A stretch of DNA of 64,000 nt from Chrysemys picta bellii (Eukaryota), in assembly GCF_011386835.1 (NCBI RefSeq), contig NC_088791.1, forward strand, positions 179,924,001 to 179,988,000. Reading direction: 5' to 3'. Position 1 is the first letter of the stretch; the number at the start of each line of letters is the position of its first letter. Shown in pieces: positions 1-10,900 of this stretch. Position numbers and translations under genes: made by a program. A model generated the notes under the pieces. The model was given only the letters and a program-made list of their open reading frames with translations. It did no database searches and was not told the origin of the DNA.

Positions 1-340
1 ACACACGGCAGACCCCCAAAAATGGGGCAGACAATCCCCCAAACAGGTTGGTTATTCTATAATTAGATTCACCAAGCCAGTAACAAAACAGCTTCTATAA
101 TACCACACCAGCTAACAAGAAACCAAATACAGTCCCTGTTAAGAATTCCAGCCCTTGATTCCCACCTAGACAGCCAAGTCCAATACACTGAGGGGTTAAT
201 GAAAACCTGATTCAACATATGTGAGGTTCTACTAACCCCAAAGGACCAGACACTTATCCCCAGGTCAATGAGTCTCAGATCTTACCCAATAATCACGCTG
301 ATGCCAATCCTTTAATAACGAAGACTATAGGATTAATAAT
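1..340. repeat. Fragment of a turtle interspersed repeat, probably LTR-retrotransposon (Gypsy-like) LTR/internal sequence, cut by the window start
   Basis: Recalled resemblance to a common turtle repeat only; no termini or ORF visible in the window. Confidence 0.35.
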
Positions 341-423
341 AAAAAAGAATGAGAGAAGAGAGTTGCATTCATTCATATAAGGGAATTAGCCAGTATAGAA
401 TAGATAATTAAGCTGAATACAAG

Positions 424-600
424 TATCAGAGGGGTAGCTGTGTTAGTCTGGATCTGAAAAAAGCAACAAAGAGTCCTGTGGCACCTAATAGACTAACAGA
501 TGTATTGGAGCATGCATCTGACGAAGTGGGTATTCACCCACGAAAGCTTATGCTCCAATACATCTATTAGTCTATAAGGTGCCACAGGACTCTTTGTTGC
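424..600. mobile_element. Penelope-like element (PLE) remnant: inverted pseudo-LTR with target-site duplication
   Basis: Arms ~463-513 and ~550-600 are reverse complements (gcaacaaagagtcctgtggcacct...gatgtattggagcat / atgctccaatacatc...aggtgccacaggactctttgttgc). Direct repeat gctgaatacaag at 412-423 and 599-610. Tail-to-tail inverted ends are typical of PLE insertions. Confidence 0.85.
511..565 (+). ncRNA. Minimal type I hammerhead ribozyme motif (PLE-associated)
   Basis: CUGACGA 518-524; stem II GUGGGU-AUUC-ACCCAC 526-541; GAAA 542-545; short stem III AGC-UUAU-GCU; predicted cleavage after C555 (GCUC). Confidence 0.75.
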
Positions 601-929
601 TGAATACAAGGTAGATAATATTATTAGTTGCCTGCAGAATCTTACATCTTTGATTTTAAGATTATCTGAACCATCTGCATGTGTATAATATAAGGCAGTT
701 ACAACATGAAAGGGAATTAGAATCTACAGGCTAATCTGGTTACATTGTTAAACTTCTAACAAGAAAAAGGTAAACAGAGACCAATACATTTAGTCACCTA
801 CCCTTGATTTCTACTACTACAAATAAATGGGCGAATGATTGCTGGTCTAGTACATCTCTTTGAAATTCACATATAAGTAGATTGTCTTGATTACATTTCA
901 GTGCCTCTTGCTATGCTGTTATGGGTCAT

Positions 930-1380
930 ACCCAGGTTAACTGGTCTGTCAGTGTCACACATGCACTTGGTGCGAGTAGAGGCGAGGCATCCATAGGGGA
1001 GGGACTCAATATGGAGGCTTATGCATATGGCAAAGTTGCCCCATTCATGGGGCATGATTGCATGGGTGACCCAGCCATGGAATTTTCCAAGCTGTTTCTG
1101 GACTGCATCACAAGGTACTACTTAGGAACTCAGGCTGTGGTGAGGGTGATGCAGCAGAAGCTGGTACTCTTGCTGCCATTCCTGATATCCGCTACTCAAA
1201 CAGCTCTTTCTACTAAGCTCTGTCCTCCTCCCTTAGCCACTGTTCCTGTTCCAGGAACTGTGAAGCAAGTGCCTGCTCCCATGCTGAAATCCGGTCTTCT
1301 AACCAGAGTCCCTCTGTTTCTGGTACTAGGCCTGCTTGTTGGCCCTGTCCAGAACTTCAACCATAAATTCATCACAGAAA
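930..1380 (-). pseudogene. Degraded C-terminal (coiled-coil, low-complexity) part of a Harbinger-type Myb/SANT-like protein gene
   Basis: Manual minus-strand translation PETEGLWLEDRISAWEQALASQFLEQEQWLREEDRA**KELFE*RISGMAARVPASAASPSPQPE. Same strand as, and downstream of, the trihelix domain at 2650-3255. Several stops. Confidence 0.5.
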
Positions 1381-2649
1381 TGTTTCTTGGAACGGCCTAT
1401 GAAGGTACTCTGGCCCAGGCTTCTGACGCAATGTGGGTGAGCTGTGGAGATACTGTAGCCAGTAGAGGTGGAGGAACCTGGAATGGGACAAGACACAGGT
1501 TATTGTCTCAAATAACTCTGTGTAGGAGCACAGAAAAAAATCTCTGTGGAATTTCAATGACATCAAATGTTACTTTTCCAAACTGAACTTCAGTATATTG
1601 TGAGAGGGATGCTTCAGGCAACAGAAACTCCCAGGACACAGTCTGGGTAGTTGCAGTAAAAGAAGTGCAGAGAAAATGGTAAGTTAAAAATTCAAAGCTG
1701 TTTTTTGTTTTCTAAAAATTGCAGAGCTCATTGGGTTGGAGGCAGGGGGCAAGGTCCATCAGTGGTTGTGCTACAAAAGCTTTTCCTATCATTTCAGGCC
1801 TTTCACACTTCAGAGGATATAACCGTTTTTCTGGTGCCCGATTGGCAAAGGGAGATGTTATTCCAAGCTGCTGGTTGGCAACCAAATATTCAAATGTATA
1901 GTGACTGAACGGCACATCTGTGAGTGGAGTGCGCTGGTCAGCTACCGAGGTGGCCCTGGAAATACGTCTTTCCCTGAAATGTGACTACTTATCTGGAGTT
2001 CTTGCCTCAGGAGAAGTTTGCAGCTATCAATATCCAGGATTGGCTCAGATTTCATGCGGGAATCAACAGGATGCTGTGTTGGCTTCTACATGGCTTACCT
2101 TGTTATGGCTGCATGCAAACACACAGAACTCCAGAACCTTCCTCCTCCCCACTCCCAACATATTGCTGGACAAAATTTCAACCCTCAGTCAAATTTGACA
2201 TAAATGATTTTGTCACCTATGGACTACCTGCGCACCTCTAACTGAAATGGACTAGATACGTAAATGGAACACATTTCCGCTCCCCTTGCCCCCAGTTCAC
2301 TGTTTCCAGGTGGCTCATTACACCACTGAATGGTTATGGAGCAGTATACTTACAGGCACGGCAATGTAACGTTGTTATTTTTAAGAAACAAGAAAGGCCC
2401 TAGCAAATATCTGTGCTTTCTAAGTAAAAAATTCACCTTCAAAGTGTTTTTACTGTTTGCATTTCTGGTAATCATTTTAAACTCCACATGGTAGGGATGA
2501 GGTGGGAGCCAAGCCACCAGGATACAATTTGTCATTAGCCAATTCACGCTGCTAGTTGGGGCTTCTTGTAACTTTTGCATTGGTTCATAGAGTGGAAATC
2601 CCTCCCATTACTGTATTAGAAAACCATTAAAATTAATCCAGAAACTAAC

Positions 2650-3255
2650 AGTGCTCAGAGGGTTCTGTCCCTTCTGTGACTTCTGCTGTTTCTTGTCGGG
2701 GGTGGAGGGCATCAAACAGCTCCTCTTAGTATGGCCCAGGATGCGCGGCTGCTGTTCCTGCTCCAAAGTCACCCCTGGAACAGGTTTCAACAACAATCAC
2801 TTCACTGTCTTCACTCGGTGCCTGAAGCTGGTTCCCATCAGTCCCCATGCTGGGTTCTGGGGCTAGCAGGGCACCACCCCAGCTGGCCATTTCATCGTGC
2901 ACCACCATTGGCTCCGTGTTCAGCACAGTGCCCATCACCCGATCAAACTCCTCTTAAAATAGACATGTAATCGGCGAGTTGCTCAACGTGTGGTTCTGAT
3001 CCCTGGTTTTCCTGTACTCAGGCGTCAGCCACTTAATCTGGTCCCTGCACTGGCCACCAGTCTGGTAAATTTGCAGTGCTGACAGCTGCTTTGCTATTTG
3101 CAGATATGTTTGGTTATTTCTGATACTTTTACTAAAGTCCACTCTTTTGCTGGCCATGCCAGATGCATATGAAAATCTGTCTGTGCTCCTGTGACCATGA
3201 AGCAGCATGCTTTTCAACAGACTACTTCTGATGAGTCTCCATTGCAAACATAGAA
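2650..3255 (-). pseudogene. Myb/SANT-like (trihelix, Myb_DNA-bind_4/MADF type) DNA-binding gene relic of a PIF/Harbinger transposon
   Basis: EKHAASWSQEH..IFICIW (~3160-3215), frameshift, then DFSKSIRNNQTYLQIAKQLSALQIYQTGGQCRDQIKWLTPEYRKTRDQNHTLSNSPITCLF*EEFDRVMGTVLNTEP. Canonical trihelix pattern (W..E..L..W / C+.+.K.L..EY+K / C.F.EE.D.+LG) with stops and frameshifts. Confidence 0.85.
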
Positions 3256-3460
3256 GGCTCTCTGATCATGTGTGCGCAGCTCAGTGGTCAGAAGACAATG
3301 GAAGGGTTAAACACTGACTCATCAAGCTGCTACCGTACGCCAAGGAGGTTGCTTCCATTTACCTAGCAACAAGGAGATCTTGGGTTAGGGAGGATAAAGG
3401 AAGTTGGCAATTGGTATTGTGGGATACTTTTTGTTGGACAGCCAGAACCTGAGTAAACAG

Positions 3461-3654
3461 GGGGCTGTGTCTACACTGTAAAGCAATGTGAACCCTGGGG
3501 CCTGGCTTGACATGGACTGAAGCCTTCCAACCCCGTGGGGTTCTAGAACCCTTGGTCCAAGCCCAAGTCTGAGGGATTTGTGTGTAGACAAAAGTGGGGT
3601 TTAGGCTCCAGCCTGAGTCTGAGCCTGGGCTTACATTGCAGTGTAGACATACTC
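3461..3654. mobile_element. Non-autonomous Harbinger-type MITE
   Basis: TIRs gggctgtgtctacactg ... cagtgtagacatactc; internal gtgtagac repeat; right flank TAA. Confidence 0.75.
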
Positions 3655-4037
3655 TAAAGGGTTTGTAGGTTCATATATGTCTAAATAGATCGCGGAGAGA
3701 GGAACTTTGTTGGCTCTAACTTTAATGTAACTTGAATCCCAAAGCATTTTTCATAATAAAATAAACACCCTCATTATTCATGACAATACACTGGAAATTT
3801 TAAATAGAAAACTGTTTCCTTACCAATTTCTTCACAGGTGCATGCTACCTTATTATTGCAAGGTTGTACATGAATACTGAGCTACTAGCATTAGTGTGGG
3901 GTTTTTTTTTATGAAAAGCGAAGAGGGCTTTAAGTAACTGCTAATAGAAAAACCTCTACCGTAATGAATTACATGGACCTTCCAATCAGATCTAAAGTTC
4001 CAATTTTGTGCTTACATAACCTTGGCAGTGTTAATTT

Positions 4038-4146
4038 AGGCCTCAATTCAGCAAAGCATTTAAGCGCATGCTTATGTTCCATTGAAGTAATGGGATTTAA
4101 ACACATTTCTAAAGTTTAGTACATTTAAGTGTTTTACTGAATAGGG
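4038..4146. repeat. Ancient short palindromic MITE relic (Chompy-like)
   Basis: ggcctcaattcagcaaagcatttaag ... ccattgaagtaatggg ... atttaagtgttttactgaataggg hairpin. Related copies near 7268-7340, 21615-21720, 49427-49590, 57195-57320 and 63200-63420. Confidence 0.6.
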
Positions 4147-5404
4147 ATTGGATGCAGAGTTGAAGTCTTAATGACCAAATCCCTCCCCTATTTCTATGCT
4201 AAAGGGTTCTAGCAGTCTCTTTCACTTTCATATAAAATTGAGATCTGTGGGATGTTCATAAGGTTGAATGTTTGGAACAGCCTGTTCAAACAAATTCTTC
4301 TGAACAATCTACCTGATATATATAAAACTATGAAAGGGTTCTTAGGCTTTCCTTTTCAAATCTGAAAGAAAGCATAACCATCTTACTATGTGAATCCCTT
4401 AACTGTTTGGGAATTCTTAGAGTGAGAGAGAATGAGAGAGAGGGAAGATAGTGATTGCCCCCTGACACCCAAATTGCATATTAGGCCACTGGCATATAGT
4501 GCAGGAGCAGCCAGGAGAAAAAGGTTATACCATTTTCTGAACCCATCTTAAATCTCTATAGTACATTAATAGCATCATTTCCTCTCCTAATATGAACCGT
4601 GGGGTGGGGGTTAGGGGGGAAACCTTCTTGGTCATGTTCTTTTGAGTAACTCACCTACATACTGGCAATCTCCCCAGTTCCTAATCTAAAGTTCGGGGAA
4701 GCTTAGAGTTGTAGCCAGATAATTAACCTCCAAGCTGGAAACCCCTAATATCCCTAAGCTCTGTGGGAACTATTTAGGGACCTGAATAATAGATATATTA
4801 TATTAGGTATTTATTTTTTCTTTTTAACTGTATGATCAAGATTTAAAATCAAGGAGCAAAAATCCTGATGGGATAAAAAGACACCCAGAAATTTTTCAGA
4901 CCATTCTAAATTGTTCAGTCGGATCTTACTGTTTGTAACTGAAGGCACCTTCTCCCCCCCATGTATTTTTTAAAAAAGTCTGTATCTGAAAGAGGTTTGT
5001 CTTTGAACATTCCTGGATGCAAAGTTCTGAGATTCTGGAAAAATGCAGCTTTAATTTAATAGGTTAGCAAGCTATTCAAAAGCCAATATTGTGCTTTCTT
5101 TAGGGTAATCCATCATCTTAAAAGGTAAGGTGTCTAAATGTGGCAATTGTACATCTTTGCTTTTCCAGCTTATGAAAGTTTTCAGTGATTAGCAACTGCT
5201 AACTTCAGCTATGCACAGAGACCCACGTCCAGTAAAGAAACATCCCTCTGTTAGCCATGATTAAAAATGCAGTCAAATGGCTGGAAGTGAGAAAGCTAAA
5301 CTATATCCGAATGTGGTTTACTAGAAAATAATGCTAACCTCTGCAGCTGTCTGCAGAATACACAAGAAGTTGCTTGGCTACCTGAAAAAACTAAGTCTCT
5401 AGAG

Positions 5405-5713
5405 CAGTGTTTCCCAAACTTGGGACGCCGCTTGTGTAGGGAAAGCCCCTGGCGGGCCCGGCTGGTTTGTTTACCTGCCACGTCCGCAGGTCCAGTTGAT
5501 CGTGGCTCCCACTGGCCGCGGTTTGCTGCTCCAGGCCAATGGGAGCTGCGGGAAGCGCCGCGGGCCGAGGGATGTACTGGCTGCCGCTTCCCGAGCTCCC
5601 ATTGGCCTGGAGCCATGATTGGCCGAACCTGCGGATGCGGCAGGTAAACAAACCGGGCTGGCCCGCCAGGGGCTTTCCCTACGCAAGCGGCGTCCCAAGT
5701 TTGGGAAACACTG
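5405..5713. mobile_element. hAT (Buster/Charlie-type) palindromic MITE
   Basis: TIR cagtgtttcccaaacttgggacgccgcttg at both ends; near-complete self-complementarity over 309 bp; perfect 8-bp TSD ctctagag (5397-5404, 5714-5721). Confidence 0.95.
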
Positions 5714-7661
5714 CTCTAGAGACTTAGTTTTAGAGACTCATTTAACTTATTTGCAATATATTGATCATCAGCAAGGTTTTGATTCGGCTTGTCATTCTCT
5801 GTTGTGAATATGGCCACAAAATGTTTTTCCAATTAGTGTTTTAGTATTTTTCAAAGAAACATCAGTCTTTCATCAAGAATAAATTGGTATAGTTACACCT
5901 ATTAAACAATGGAACAGAAAGGACCAATGATACAGTGGCAACTTCTCATTGAGTCTAATACACAGTGGGTGTGCAAAAAATAATAATAAATCAAGTACAT
6001 CTACAGTTAAATGTTTCTTATCAAAGTTGCACCAAAAAGAGATCAGGGTGAAAGGAAGTTGAAAAATAACCATCTATTAGAATTACCATCTTAAGTGAAA
6101 AGTGAAAAGCTTTACGTAAGTAGTCAACAATCAGAACTGTAGACTTTTTTGTAGCTGGGTATCTATCCTGGCTCTTTCAGCAGAAGTTTTCCACCTCTAA
6201 TACTGGAACAGTAACATGGTATCTGGCAATGAGACTTGAGCACCAATTTGTGTCAGCTAGACTTTTAATCAACTGCTGATAATATACAAATAGTTCTCAT
6301 CTCTGGCCTACAGCAGCCGATTTAAATTTTTTAAATGTTATTACTTGTGCTTCCCCTTTAGAGAGCTGGGGAGAGGAAAATCTGATTATTAAAACATCCT
6401 CTAGCTATAACTTCTGATTGTCCTCAAAATGAAATTAATTGGGTGGTCAGATCTGTTGTGTGAGAGCGTTTTAGCAGGATTTTCTCATAGTACTCGATTT
6501 CAGCAAAGCTTTTGACACTCTCAGTAGCTGTACCTCCTGAGCACCTCAGAATTGTGTGTCTCAAGTTTCATTTGTAATAGGGGTAAGTTCTCAGTGGTGG
6601 CCTCATGGGGAGAGACAGTATTCATAACAAAGGGGTAGTATTTCAGAGATACATTGTGGGAGGCTGGTATTCTGGGAGAGATGTTTCAGTCCGGGCCATT
6701 TACTCCTTAAACTGCTCTAAGTGGATGGTAACAATTTGTAAGAAACTAGAGTCAAGCTAATAAGAACCTTAGAACTGCATGAAGTTCAATAATAGTAGAT
6801 ACTGAGAATAAAGGCCATTTAAAAATGAAATGTTGACTCCTCATACAAAAACTCCACTGTTGGATGATTCTAAAAGTATGATGGTAAGTAAAGAACGTAG
6901 TATCTTCAAGAACCCAAAGGAAGAGAATCTGAAGTGTGGTTTAAAAAAAAAAAAAAAAAAGCCAGTTGCAGAAAGAAATTATGATGAGGGGAAAGAACAA
7001 TGTAAGGCTCAATGAAGGCCAGGTGACCCATATCCAGGCTGGGTGAGTGTAATCAATATGACCTATATTTGATTGTAACATAGATTTGATAGGATTTGTT
7101 GAAACAAAACTTCCCATTGGGACCCACTCCAAAATAGATTTAGAGAGGATTACCACAATTGGTTATGCAAATGTAATTTTTTTGCTCTTGAAAAAGCACC
7201 TCTTTTAAGCCTTTTCCAACATGGAGATAATTGTGGAGAAAAATGTGGGATTTGGGTTAAGTCCTCAGAAGTACTGAGTGGTCAAAGCTCCCACTGACTT
7301 CTTTAAACTTTGCAGGTACTCAGCAGTTAAGATTTGGTCTTTTACTATGAATGAAATTGGGTGCTTATAGTGGTGTATGACAAGTAGTGGGGAGAAGCAT
7401 AGAAGTATCCTGAGTTTAGTACATTTTGACCTTGTTTTAGCAATTTGCCTTTATCTGTTGCTTAAAAAACAAAACCTTGAAAAAATGTTTTTCTTGAGAT
7501 GTAAAAAAATCCCCCCTTTAGGCTTGTTAGACATATTTTGTCCTAAACATCTTTTATTCCTTCCTCCTTTATCCTAATATTGACATTCTTGTTGTGTAAA
7601 CATTTGCTTTTGGCCTTGGTTTTGTTGGTTTGCCCATTTATTCTATATCCATTATACATAC

Positions 7662-7930
7662 AGGCCTTGTCTAGATTCAGATTTGCCCTGGTTTAAGTAA
7701 AGATGTGATTTTAAACCAATAGTAGTACAAAACCCTGTGCAGACTCATTTTATTTGATTTATACTTGGCCAATATTGGTTTTAGTTTAACTTTATTCCTC
7801 ATCGATTTAAGATAATTCACCATAAACCAGGTTTAAACTGAATTAAGTGAGGCCACACAGGCTTTTGCACCACTTTAACTAAGCCAGTTTTTAAACTGAT
7901 TTGAAGTGCAATTTAAGCATACACAAGGCT
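7662..7930. mobile_element. Old Harbinger-type MITE relic
   Basis: Degenerate TIRs ggccttgtcta ... tacacaaggct; internal imperfect palindromes. Confidence 0.45.
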
Positions 7931-10900
7931 ATAGTGCTACTTGCCAAATGGAATGCATGGCTACTCTAAACTCTTGATCATTTTTTTTCTTTTCAATCTG
8001 ATCTGAAATTCCTGCCATAAAATTGATAGGACTGTGATATTTTTGTAGGGAAAAATATAATTATTCCATAAATGGAAAACGGGAAGGAGAAAGGCTAATC
8101 TATATGTTCTTAACTTAATCTTCATTTGGAAATCTGATGTCTCCTGTTATTTTTTTACTTTCATTGCTTTGTTACTGAAAAGGGCTTTATTTATTATTTG
8201 TATTGCAGTAGTGCCTAGAGGGCAAGGCCCCATAGTGATAGGTGGTGTACAGACATAAAAAAGGGCCATTTCCTGTCCGAAAGATCTTAGTTTCAGTAGA
8301 AGACTATGGTTAATAAGTGGATATTACAAACAGCCCGGCGAGTGGGGAGCACAAGAAAACAATGAGCCTTGGCTTTCCTTTTACCGACAATTGCTTTGGT
8401 CTCTGCCTGCCCTTCATTCTTTGAAAGGATGAATTCCACTCACCTTTCCTCAATGCTGCCTTCTCCCCTCGCTGGGTCCTCTATCTTGCTAGTTCCTATC
8501 TAATCTATATGACCCCACTGTCACCAGAATATCAGACTGCCACATTACTCTCTCTCTCTCTCTTGCCTGGGCTCGCTATCCCTGTGGGGTGCTTTTCTTC
8601 CTACCAGACGACCCCTGCATCTTATTTTCATCTCTGTCCAGAGGATTTGGTTAACAGATGTGTGTATTTATTTTTACCCGTCTAGCTCTGCTTTTGGCTG
8701 CAGAGGAATAGCAATTTGTACATTTGAGTTGAATACACTTCATAGGTAGATTATTTGGATAGACAAGAGGACAGGAAGTTACTTCTAGTAATTCAGCTAA
8801 ACAACTGGATATGCATCTTTATTAACTTACAATACCATGAGTGGTGTGTTATAGCCATTTACAGACACTGTGGTTCATTTGTTACTGTAATATTTATTGT
8901 AGTGTGGCTGATATTACTAACCTGGTGGATAAACTCAATTATTACTGATGCACAGCAAATCTCTAGTTTTATTTCTTCATTTTAATTTCAAGTGAACAAA
9001 TTTCTTGTTTTTTGCTAGAGGGACCATGTTAAGAAGAGTCTAGTGTTGTAGCATCTCCTCATGTTCCTTAGTTTGCCTCACTGATATACAAAACTCTCAG
9101 AACTTAATGTAGCACTTGAAACGCAAGCTATTCAGAGTCCAACAATATAATAAAGAATTGTTCCACTGCATGTCTTCCATTATCAAAAACACAAAAGTTT
9201 TAACGACAAATTCAGTGACACTATCCATGTATCTTGTACTTGGCTTCAGCTGGTTTAAGTTACTTTCATCAATTATGTAAGAGATTTAATAATGGAAGGA
9301 TTTTGTTGTTTGTAGTATTTGTTAGAAATAAGATCTTATTGCTGCAAAGGAGTAATATATGATCAAATTTCCAGTGACAAGGAAACTGACTATTTAGATT
9401 TTTGAAGTCAATCTTGACATTTTAGCATGAGACAATAAAGATGAAGTAATTTGTTGGTATTCATGCACAACAGGAAGTAGCATTCAAAACAGTGTATGGC
9501 AATTGAAGTGTGACATTTGAGAGCATATGACTGATGGTCATGTGAGACGCAAAGGGATTTGAAGCCATGCTGATCATGTCAATTCCTACCCAAATGGCTG
9601 GAGAGCCTTTTGGGGGAATACCAACAGAAACAGACAAGATGTATATGTAACTGAGAGCTAGTTAAAGGTGAGAGTTACATTACTCTTTCTCAGGTTGCTA
9701 AACCTAGATTATCATCAGTTGCATAACCTACATCTGTTCGTTCTCTCTCTCTCTCTAGATATCAATCTATCTATATATAGATATAGATAGATAAAAATTG
9801 AGTTCTGGTACCTGAGCACCCACACTTCCATTTGAAATAAATGAAAATCAGGCTTCTAGTGCTAATATTAACGGGCACATAATCACTCTCTTACTTCTAC
9901 CGCCTGTTGTCGCTATTTTTGAGCAGCATGGTGAACTCTTGGTTCATTAGGAACCCTGGAGTTTGCAGGAGAAAAGAAAATTGTACTGAACAAACGAAAA
10001 CTTGAAGAAATTACTCCTTTTGTTTTTGGGAAGTACTCGGTCTGAACAGAAGGGAGAAGAAAATCTTCTCCATGTCCGGATTTGTCATAGATTATATAGA
10101 TATAGGGAAGAAAGAGAGAGATTGTATATACGTTGTTGCTTGTACATACATCTCTCTTTCTCTAGCAAACTTTATGCTCCTTTTTTATCTCAAGCCCCGC
10201 TTCCTGACACATGCACTTGGAAACTAATTGCAGTGTCCTTTTATTTACAGAGTAATTCCCTCTAGTGGAGAAGAGCACCAGTTGGGGCTAAATAGGTATT
10301 TCTTCATTCTGGGCCATTATTCTAATCTTTTGGACATAAATGAGTGCATCTCTGACTGCTTCATGAATTCAGAAGTACATACACTTGATAGTCTTATGCT
10401 GGAAATACATAGCCGGTTAATGATGAAGGGGTTGAATATTTAGGATCATGCCAAAGACTGGCAGTTTCAGATATGCTCATGGAAATGATTAGAGCAGGCT
10501 GAATCCTGCAAAATAACATGCACGAACATTCATCTGAATTCCATACTGCTGAGTGATTAGACCAAATTGATGCCCCCTCTTGCTTTTTGATTCCTGAAGG
10601 GGATCGTCATGCAAACACATGAATTTATATCCAAATAAGGACATTTGCTAATGAACAATGGTATTATTCAGTGGTTTTGTTCTTTTTCTATTTAAGAATT
10701 CCTGCGAACAGAAGAGATTCCTTGTGAAGTAATTAACCAATCAGTCACCATAGGTGACTGGCAACAAACAACAATAGATAAAATGGGCTAGTTCACACAA
10801 TCAAGAAAAAAATCTCTGTAATTTTTGGCCTTTATTGGGTAAAATCCTGCAGGCACTCTGCACACAGTACTCCCAGTGAAGTTGATAATAATTCTACAGG

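Noticed and set aside
921-1586. Longest ORF in the window (221 aa, + strand)
   Set aside because: No recognisable domain; it is the antisense shadow of the degraded Harbinger Myb/SANT C-terminal region.
5296-5807. Six overlapping ORFs on both strands
   Set aside because: Produced by the GC-rich palindromic MITE; mirror-image peptides. The same applies to ORFs at 36143-36527, 37858-38374 and 46084-46430.
10697-10728. Possible 32-nt exon (EFLRTEEIPCE)
   Set aside because: Weak donor (GAA|gtaatt), length not a multiple of 3, no supporting neighbours.
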